A stretch of 64,000 bases of DNA from Raillietiella orientalis (taxonomy: Eukaryota), in contig JAYWIR010000072.1 of assembly GCA_036172245.1 (NCBI GenBank), forward strand, positions 62,001 through 126,000. The letters run 5' to 3'. Every line of letters starts with the position of its first letter. The first letter of the stretch is position 1. Of this stretch, positions 39,401-48,350 are shown one piece after another. Below the pieces are notes generated by a model. That model searched no databases and had not been told where the DNA came from. It worked only from the letters and a program-made list of their open reading frames with translations. The translations under genes and the position numbers were made by a program.

Positions 39401-40028
39401 CTCACTTCGGCCATCATGCCACAAGGAGGCACTGCCATTGATGTGCTGCGGTGCTTTTTCAGCAGAAATGGACTTTCGGTTGGCGCGATTGTCGCAACCA
39501 TGTGTTGCGTTCGCGCCATCGTGAAGGCCCGCTACGCTCTGGAGTTGTCAGCGCAGCGAAGGGAGGCTCGCCTGCTTGCAGCTCAATTCATGGAGAAGGC
39601 TTCAAGGTGGTCTTATCTTCGTGACAAGGTGAATGAGGACATCACCGGCATAGATCGCCGGTTTACACACCTTTGAGAACGGCGTAATCCGGTGACCCCT
39701 GCGACCTCTTGCCCACCCATACCTTGTCCCCGTTCGCTCGGTAAAATTTACAATGCCCATGCTTTTATCCCCGTGTCTTCCAGAGCGATCACAAAGACCC
39801 TTATCCCGTCCTCCTTATTCATTGTTTTTATTTTATTTGGTTTCTTTGTGTTTCTCGCCCCCCCACTCCGTTCAAGAAACTGTAACTCTGGCCTGCGTGC
39901 CAGCAATTTTCTCTTCATTCTTGTTCAGTCGTCGGTTGGGAGTTTGGTTACCAACTGGTTTTTTTTGTATAATTGCTTTTTTTGGTAGTGTTATATGGAA
40001 TAAACGCCCCGCCGTGACCGCGTGAGAA
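36412..40028 (+). mobile_element. Family E copy 3 (linker, RT, CCHC, 3' end), interrupted by J at 36469-37149
   Basis: ATVLLDDHDLECSAPVEV resumes as PVGVRRIVRGYY; ORF 37109..38656 has the RT motifs including YADD; 3' motif at 39999-40024. Confidence 0.88.
36469..37149 (-). mobile_element. 5'-truncated family J element with 12-bp TSD (1 mismatch)
   Basis: TCCAGTCGAAGT (36457-36468) vs TCCAGTCGGAGT (37150-37161); CVECGERETFPHLTLEC; 3' motif at 36473-36498 (-). Confidence 0.85.
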
Positions 40029-41916
40029 ATCTCCCAAGCTTGATCTGCGGAGATCACGTGGATGTCCTGCATCAGCACCAGGTCGAAGGATCCCAGGGTG
40101 GCGGCCACGTCACGCCTCTTGCCGTCGTCGCTTAGCCAGTTCACGTTCGAACAGGCTATCAGCAGACGACGGCGAGAGGCTATTCCCGGCATTATGGTTG
40201 GGAAAGTTGCGTCGAGGCACCTCATGCGGTGCAGGTGTAGGAAAGGTTCATCGGTACGAGGACCATCGGAACGAGGACGGAGGCCTCTTCAGGCACCTGG
40301 GGTACCTGTTCGGCCTCCATCCCCTCCATCCCCTCCGTGTCCGAGCGTGGAATTCTCTAGGGTGACGGGTCCCAGGAGTTTCCCACGCTCATGGCACCCT
40401 CGCTACCGGAAGCCATTTCTTCCCCTTCGTTGGGGGATGCGATCTTCCGGGGCATTGTGGACTTTCGTCCTGCCTTTTTGCGGGGAGCCGCGGAGGTGGA
40501 TGCAGTGTTTCCGGCCTCCTCCTCGGGTTCGGAAGTGGCCGACCCCTGAGGAGAAGCCGGACGCCTTACGGCCTTCTTGCCAGCCTTGGGGGCGGCCGGC
40601 TGAAACGAGGCAGCCAGCTCCTCCGCGGTGCGCTCGAAGGCGACGTCTGGCGTCCGGCTTCCCCTTCCGCTGACGGACGCCGTCGCCTCGCTCCCCTCCT
40701 TGTTGACTTTGTCAACGGAGGGTTGAGCGGAGACAGCAGCGAGTGCATTTGTGCCGCATTCATCGATGGCGGGAATCCGCTCAACGACGACGCAGCAACC
40801 TTTGATATTCTCGGGGCGAGGAGGGGTGTCTCTCCGTTATGCCACCTTGTTTCCCTTCTTAGGGGCTTTTTTCTTAGGGTCGACTTTTGCCACCCTGACT
40901 CTTGGCCTTCTTCCTCGACCTTTTCGGCGTTTTCAGCCGAAGTCTTCGGACTAGCCTTCGCCTTGGTGGCGGAGCTGACCTCCTTAGCAGCAGCACGAGC
41001 TGCCAGCTTCTTCCTTTTTTTTGCCGCGCGCTTTCTTGCGTTTCTCGCGGACGCGACGCGGACTGAATTTTGTGGGCACACCAGACGAGTGTGCCATGCT
41101 TGCTTGCACTGCTGGCACTGTACGCTCGAAAACCTCATTTTGAGGTGTCCAAAGCTGCTACAGCAGCCGCAGAACTTGGGTTTCCCCACGTACCACACGT
41201 CGACGGATTCACCGTTGACGGTGAGTTTGTGGGGAAACTCACACCCTTCGCAAACCTTCACTCGCGCTGCACCCAGGCCGCCAAGCAACCCGTCGTAATC
41301 AGCGAACGAGGTTGGCTTCCCCCACAGCGCGTGGACACTCGCAAATTTATTTATTTCGTTCCGGACCGCCTCCTTGGTCATCCCGAACGTAATCCCAGTC
41401 AGGTGAATGATCACCGACCTGTCTTCCGTTATTGGAAAGAGCCTTCGGCTGCCCATCATTACGGGGGTTCGCAGAAGCCTCTGCGGAAGAGTTGCTTCCT
41501 TGCAGATTACTGCCGCGAATTGTCCCCCGCTTCTGACGGACATTGCAAGAAGCTCCTTTTTTACGTCGAGAGCGCGCATCGTTGGCGAAAAGGCGCGCGC
41601 GTACTCTGGAGAATATAAACCGCCTACCTTGTATAGGAGGGGTTGGTTGTACCCCTCCTCCAGGTAGGCCCGCATCTTTACCACAGCCGCCGGCGTAGGC
41701 GCGGCAGCCACGGCGTTCCAAGCCCTGGGTAGGGCCGGGGACGCATCAATGGGGGCGGGAGCCTCCACTTCCATCCCCTCCGGGGGCAATGGGGTCATCG
41801 CCCCCGGAATATCACCAATGGTGGAATCAGGTATTGCTGCCTAATCCTTCACCCACACCACACAAAACACCACCGGAAATAGAAACTCAGGAGCAGCGAA
41901 AAGACACGTCCGCTCG
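40029..41916 (-). mobile_element. 5' part of an F-type element: 5' UTR, ORF1, TAATG, start of APE
   Basis: GGACGTG at 41905-41911 (-); ORF 40566..41798 with CGCCSSFGH and CQQCKQAWH; TAATG at 40190-40194 (-). Confidence 0.85.
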
Positions 41917-43831
41917 ACGCTCCAGAGCCTTTCGCACTGGGAACTCTTCAAGGCCTCGGTCCGGGAGTTCTGCGAGCAGTTCCCCTTGGACCGCCTGCCT
42001 CCCGGATTCGGTGAGGGTCTTCGCAACCATCGGGCCTATTTACAGGCTCGTAGGTACGAGAGAGCTCCTAATGTCCGTCGCCTGGCCGAGTGCCGCACCG
42101 GGGCCGAACGCCAAGCCTGGCAATCCGGGTCGGCCAGCTTGCTGGACGACCAGGGCCGGGAATGTTCGTCCCCGGCGTTCGTACGGCATCTCGTGCGGAG
42201 TTTTTATTCCTCCCTTTACGCCAGGGAGCCCCCGGATCGAGACGCCTCTCGGCGCTTGCTTCCGGATGGCGCCCTGGCAATAGGGGAGGAGGAGATGGAA
42301 AGCCTAGACGAGCCTTCTACCACCGGCGAATTTTTCGCCGGTATTAAAAGGCTCAAAAAACGTAAAGTTCCAGGGGAAGACGGCTTACCTGCGAAGTTGT
42401 TTCAGAGCTTCGCGGATGAGCTGGCACCCCTGATGCTCAAGTTGATCAGGCTGATTCGAGACGAAGGCGATGTTCCCGCCTCGTTTCGGTCAGCCAGAGT
42501 AAGGCTCCTCTTGAAAGGGGGAGACCACAGAGATTTAAAGAACTGGCGTCCGATTATGATCGTGAATACGGACGCCAAGTTAATATCAGGGCTATGGGCT
42601 TCGCGTCTGGGACAGGTGGCAGAGTCCACCTTGCCGGTGCGAGGGACTTACGTCTTTTCTTCTGTGCCCCGGCCGGAAGATCAGAAGATGCGGCCTAAAT
42701 CTCGGGCGCATGGCATCTTCGGCCATGCAAAACAGCTGGATGGTTTGCTGCCCCGCCAACTCCCCCGCCTGGCTGGAGGAAAATATTGGAACATGGGCAG
42801 TGGTAAAACAGAGAAGCCACGTAACGTGGAATCGTCTCCGATGCGGCCCCTACGCCCGCTGCACTCTGAGGAATCTCCTGGAGAGTCCAGCTAGAAGCAC
42901 GTGAGCAGAGACTACCTGCCTGGCTACGGCGCTGCCCTTCCTGAGGAGGGCGCTTCACAGCAGTCAGACGCCAAGGTGGCAAGTCTCCTGCTGCATCAAG
43001 GGACGGGAGAAGAGAATGAGCGGCTAAACCTTGGATCAACTGGCGTACGCCACGATTTTGAGCGTCCAGTCGCGAGGATTAAGATGGGGCGAGCTGCTGG
43101 CCATCCCTGTGGATGTGCTGAAGTGGCTCCCGCTTCTTAGGGAATCCAGGGTCCTGGCCCTTAAGTGGAAGGAGTCGGCGTTGTTGTTGTTGCATTGGGG
43201 TTTACCCTGCAACGCACGCCGCTCTCACTGGACAAGAGGAGTTGTGGATCCTGTGTGTGTCAGGTGCGGAGAGCGGGAATCGCTCTCCCACCTTATTGTG
43301 GATTGTGCTGCCCTCCGTCCCCTTTGGGAACGTTTCGGGACGACCCTCGGTCTGCCTACGGACAGTTCCCCTAAAGACGTTCTTCGGCTTCTCTTCGTGA
43401 AGGACGCCCTGCAGCCAGCAGCAGCCCTCGCAGCCTTGTGCTGCGTCCGAGGCATCGTAGCGGTATGGAGCGACAGCAACAAGGAAGGAGTGTGTCAGCA
43501 AGCGAGGGATGTCATCCCATATGCCCAACGCTTCTTGCGGAGCTGCTGGATGGCCCCAACTGGGGAATATACGGATAGACCTCGAGGGCTTCCTTCAACG
43601 GATGGGCCCTCCTTTCAGCGAACAGTGATCCCTTTCCTGCCCTGCAACCTCTTTGTTTGTTTGTGGTTTTGTTTTTTTACTTTTGTTTTTTCCCCATCTT
43701 CTTTCGCTGCCGGGGAGTGCCACGCCGGGCTGCGTCCCGGCGTCCCGGTAGGTCCCGTGCATATGGCCGTGAGCGGGGCCTGGTACCGCAATTGTAGAGC
43801 TTTATTAATAAACGGTGTACCCGGGTGGCAA
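41917..43831 (+). mobile_element. A-type ORF2 (linker to 3' end) with a large internal deletion near 42630
   Basis: LPPGFGEG..KVPGEDG..NWRPI, then a jump to the C-terminal domain CVRCGERESLSHLIVDC; 3' motif at 43807-43827. Confidence 0.8.
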
Positions 43832-44235
43832 CACCAAATCCCCGGGGCAGGCAGTGCACAGAGAACTCCTCGCAGAACTCACGGACCGAGGCCTTCATGC
43901 GGTCCCAGTCTTGGGGATTCCGGAGGAAGATGCCTCCCAGTACTTGGCGGAGATCTTCTGCCGCACCTGAGATGCGCGTCCAGTCCCCGGGAAGACTCCA
44001 CGCCTTGCATGGTGGTCCTTTGTCGCGAGGCATAACCTCGAATATCAACCGGAAATGGTCCGATAGCGTCGACGGAAGTTCCCCCCGTCTGCCGACCCGT
44101 GGGCACAGGTCGGCGTCAAGGAAGACGTGGTCTACGCTTTGGACCATTTCCGGTATTTCCTTCAACATGTTGAGCGTGCGCATAGCAGCGCACATCTCGT
44201 TGGCTGCGTCTTTTTGCCCGCAAGGCACAGCTAAA
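43832..44235 (-). pseudogene. Host APE C-terminal/linker fragment ending at LPRGFG
   Basis: SVDHVFLD..LSDHFRL..EEFSVHCLPRGFG. Confidence 0.8.
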
Positions 44236-44259
44236 AGCAGGGACGCGGTGAAGTGTAAG

Positions 44260-44836
44260 GCCTGAATGTGCCAGGTGTGGAGAACGGGAATCGCTCACCC
44301 ACCTACTCGTTGAATGTGCTGCCCTCCGACCTAAACGGGAACGGATTGGGACGATGCTCCGGCTCATAATGGGCAGCGCGCCCAAAGACGTTCTTCGGCC
44401 CCTCTTCGTGCGGGACGTCTTGCAGCCCGCCGCAGCCCTCGCAGCCTTCTGCTGCATTCGGTGCATCGTGGCGGCCTGGAGCGACATTCGCGACGAAGGA
44501 GTGGATGCAAAGAGAGGGATGTCATCCCTTATGCGGTCTGCTTCATGCGGAGAGCTGCGAGATGGCCCCAACTGGGAAGCATGCAGAAGGACCTAGAGGG
44601 CATCCTGCAAAGGATGGGAACTCCCTCCAGTGAATTGTGATCCCTTGTTCCTTCTCCAAACTCTTTTTGTTTTTCTTCATTTTTATTTTTATTTTGTTTT
44701 CTCTACCATCCCCCTCCACTGCCGAGGAGCGTCACGCCGTCCCGGCAGGTCCGGTGTTGTGTGGCCGTTAGTGGAACCTAGTACCACGTGATGTAGAGTT
44801 TTTTAAATAAACGCGCCGGACGTACCCGGGTGGCAG
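44260..44836 (+). mobile_element. 3' end of a second A-type element
   Basis: C.RCGERESLTHLLVEC; UTR similar to 43620-43831; 3' motif at 44806-44832. Confidence 0.8.
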
Positions 44837-44982
44837 CCCCGAATCCCCGGGACACGCGTTGCAAGGGGAACTCCTCGCAAAACTCGCGCACCGAGGCCTT
44901 AAAAAGGTCCCAATGGTTGAGTTGTCGGAAGGTGACGCCTCTCAGGAATTCGCGAAGGTGTTCTTTCACACCTGAGAGTCGC

Positions 44983-45145
44983 GTCCATTCCCCAGGCATA
45001 CGCCACGCCCTGAATGGTGGGCCCTTGTCGCGCGGGCACACCTCGAATATCAACCTGAAATGGTCCAGTCCCCAGGCAGACGCCACGCCCTGAATGGGGG
45101 GCCCTTGTCGCGCAGGCACACCTCGAATATCAACCTGAAATGGTC
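44983..45145. repeat. 80-bp tandem duplication inside the APE/linker region
   Basis: CCCAGGCA.ACGCCACGCCCTGAATGG...CCTCGAATATCAACCTGAAATGGTC occurs at 44991 and 45071. Confidence 0.9.
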
Positions 45146-45591
45146 AGAAGGCTCCGACGCAACTTTACCCGGTTTGCCGACCCTTGAGCACAGGTCGACG
45201 TCCAGGAAGACGTGGTCGATGCTGCTGACCATTTCCGGGAGATCCCCTAACAAGTTGCGCGTGCGCATTGCAACCCACAACTCGTTAGCCGTCCGTTCCT
45301 GTGCGCGTGGCTCACCTGATGGCAGTTGGAGGTTGAAGTCTCCCACCATCAGGTGAGTCATGCGCACGTTCGCTTCCACCAGCCAGTCGCGCTTCAGGAT
45401 TTCCAGGAACGCTTTACGTTTCTGGAACATGGCAGGAACGCTAGGGGTGTACACGTTTGTCACGACGAGGTCGATCGTCTCGGACCATCTGAGAATCCGC
45501 TAGCCGACACGACCGGCTCCGTCAAAGCGCACGCACTTCACGGCAGCGTCGATGCCGGCTTCATAAAGAATGCGATGCCACAGGTTGGCGG

Positions 45592-46304
45592 AACAGTGGA
45601 TCCCTCCCCCTGAAATGGCAGGATGTGGCGTTGCTTGTGGTCCTCTGGGGACTTCCATTCAAAGCACGCCTTCATCACGCAACCCGGGGGGCTGTGGATC
45701 CTTATTGTGACCGGTGAGGGGAAAAAGAGACCTTCCCCCACCTTCTCATCGAGTGCAGTGCCATCCGCCCTTTATGGGATCGCCTTACGGCGATCCTGGA
45801 CTTGCGCGGATGCGGCCCTAAGGACGTTTTTAGGCTCCTCTTCCGTAGTGACGCCTTGTCCCCCCCTCTTCTGTAGCAGTCCTCTGCTGCATTCGAGGGA
45901 TCGTGGCGGCTTGGAACGCCACCAGAAGAAGAAGTCAGCCAACCGGCAACGCCTTACGGTTCACTCGCCTATTCGTCCGAGACGTCTGCAAGTGGCGCCA
46001 CTTGGGCGCAGAGAGGACTCAGCTTGTACGGATCCTAAATAGGATCTAGAGGACCTATCCGCGCGCACGGTGATCCTCTCCCTGCCCTCCCATTCCCGAA
46101 ACATTTGCTCCCTCCCATACTTCAACTATTTGTTTGTTTTTTGTTTTTTTTCTTTCCCAACCCCCGCGGATCGGATGGACCTCTCCGGCATAGCGCCGGT
46201 AAATACCAAGCTGTTTTGTAGTGGTGGACCTTTGGGTTCAACACGCGACAATCCACTGTCATTTTATTCTTTTGAATAAATGCCCCGGCATATCCGGGTG
46301 AAAA
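45592..46304 (+). mobile_element. 5'-truncated family I element with perfect 13-bp TSD CACAGGTTGGCGG
   Basis: TSD at 45579-45591 and 46305-46317; LKWQDVALL..WGLP..ETFPHLLIEC; 3' motif at 46275-46300. Confidence 0.88.
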
Positions 46305-48350
46305 CACAGGTTGGCGGGCGTCGCATTCCCACAGCAGCCGCCCCCTTGCGATCCTCTCCATCTCCTGGACGTCCGCCGCGGAGATCACGTGAATCTCCTG
46401 CAGCAGGGCCAGGTCGAGCTCACGCAGAATGTCGGCTGTATCTCGCTGCTACCGTCGTCGCGCAGCCCGTTGACATTCCAACAGGCCGCGCGAATCCGAC
46501 GGCGACTGGCGAGCCCAGGTGTTAATCCTGGTAAAGTGGCGATGCGGCGTCCGCCACCTGCTAGGTGGGACAATAGGTGGAGGAGGGTCAGGTGCTGAAG
46601 GCACCTGGTCGCCCTCCTCCATGGGTAACGGCGCGCCGAGCGGTTCACCCACAGGTGGGGTCGCGCCTACCTGTTGGCCCTCCTCTATGGGGACGGGCTG
46701 TTCAGGGTCGGCGACTGCAGGGGGAATTCACCCCCCTGCTCACCCTCCTCCATCTGGCTGGCCGGCTCGGCGGCTTCCGAGCGTGGGAATTCCTCCTCCG
46801 AAGTTCCCACGCTGGCGACGGCTTCAGTCTTCTCGCTGATGGAGGGGAGGCGCCTCCTGTGCTTCTGGGACTTGGGTCCCGACTTCCTGGGGGGTGCCTC
46901 GGAAGAGAAGGATGTACTTCCGGACCCCAGGTATAACTCACCTGTGAGGGCCTTCTTCGCCGGAGCCGGCCTTTGCACGGCCTTGCGCGAGGGGTTCTCA
47001 CGCTCGGCCAGCGTGGCCGCCAGCTCCTCCACTGCTTGCACGAACGCGGCGTCCTCGGCTTTGTCCGCGCGTCGCGCGGCTCACCCTCTGTGCAAACAAA
47101 TAATTCGCAAGCGCGAACCTCGGGCGCGGCGGAAACGGCGAGGGGAGGCTCGTCACACCGGGTGACAGCCTCGGGAACGCTGACGCGCTCCAGTGCTACC
47201 GTGCACTCGCGGACGGTTTTTGAGAGCGGTATAAGTTTTTACGACTTCCCGGCCGTCTGTCTTTCCGCCTTTTTCTCCTTTCTCTCTTGAGGCCCTTTTT
47301 TGGGCTCTTTCCTGGTTTTAAGCAGCTTGCATCTCTTCTCCATTCCTGCGTCCTCTGGAGTTTTTTAATCCGACGCCTGTTTGGTAGGAAGAGGAGATGC
47401 CAGCTGGGCCACCCAGTTTCACGTTGCGGTCTTTCGACTTCTTGGCTTTCTTTGCCTGCGCTTTTTTGGCAGCGGGCAGCACCGGGGTGGGACGTTTAGG
47501 GCACACACGACGAACGTGTCCTTTGACCCTGCTAAGGTGGCACACAATATTCGGGCACCGCTTGCGCAAGTGTCATTTCAGTAGGCACAGTAACGGGGTT
47601 TGCCCACGAACCAGAGATCGACGGGTTCATTCGCAACCTCTAATTTGTGGGGTCAGTCACCACCCTCTAAAGGTGACACGTGCTGCAGCCTAGCCACCGA
47701 AAAGACCATTATAGCCTTCGAAAATCGTTGGCTTCCGCCACAATGCGTGCACTTCTGCATGCTTTCCTGACTCATCACCAGCCGCTGACCGCGTCATGCG
47801 GCTGGTCATTCCCGTAGGATGGACCACTACAGAGCGGTCCATCGTCACCGGCAAGATCTTGCGACCATCCACCATCAGCGGGTCGGTGATCAGGCGTTGA
47901 ACCAAGGTGATATCCTTACATACAACCTCGACCCGCTGAAAACCGCTGAGGACGGAGAGGCCGTCAAGATCTTGCTCCAATATGTTTGCAGACTGCAGTG
48001 CCTTCGTGAAGGTACGTTCAGTCTTGCCATCGAACAGATTGCCTACCTGATAGACAAGCGATGGCTTGTATCCGGCGGCCCTTTAAGCGGCTTGTTTAGC
48101 CAGAGTTGCCACGCTAGGCGCGGCAACCATGGCGCTCCAGCTCCTCGCCTTCGGCGGCGAAAGTGATTCCGGGGCGGACGCCCCTGACTCTGTAGGCTGT
48201 GGGGGTGGACAAGCCTCCCCCACACCTACCACCATCGTGGTGTCCTCAGACAAGAATGCCATCAGACACCAACGATGTGCACTATACACCACACACAATG
48301 AAACCCGCTTCCTGCTACTCACTCGGGAGCGAAGGGAAAACACGTCCGCC

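Larger units (their letters stand above)
44837..48350 (-). mobile_element. Family A copy (5' end, ORF1, APE to RGFG), interrupted by I
   Basis: GGACGTG at 48341-48347 (-); ORF1 homologous to A1; GDFN, SIDH and SDH; ends at SRGFG. Confidence 0.85.

Noticed and set aside
6508..46300. Recurring GC hairpins as CRISPR repeats, attC sites or bacterial terminators
   Set aside because: They are kilobases apart, on both strands, and always at retrotransposon 3' ends after AATAAA. No cas or integrase genes are present.
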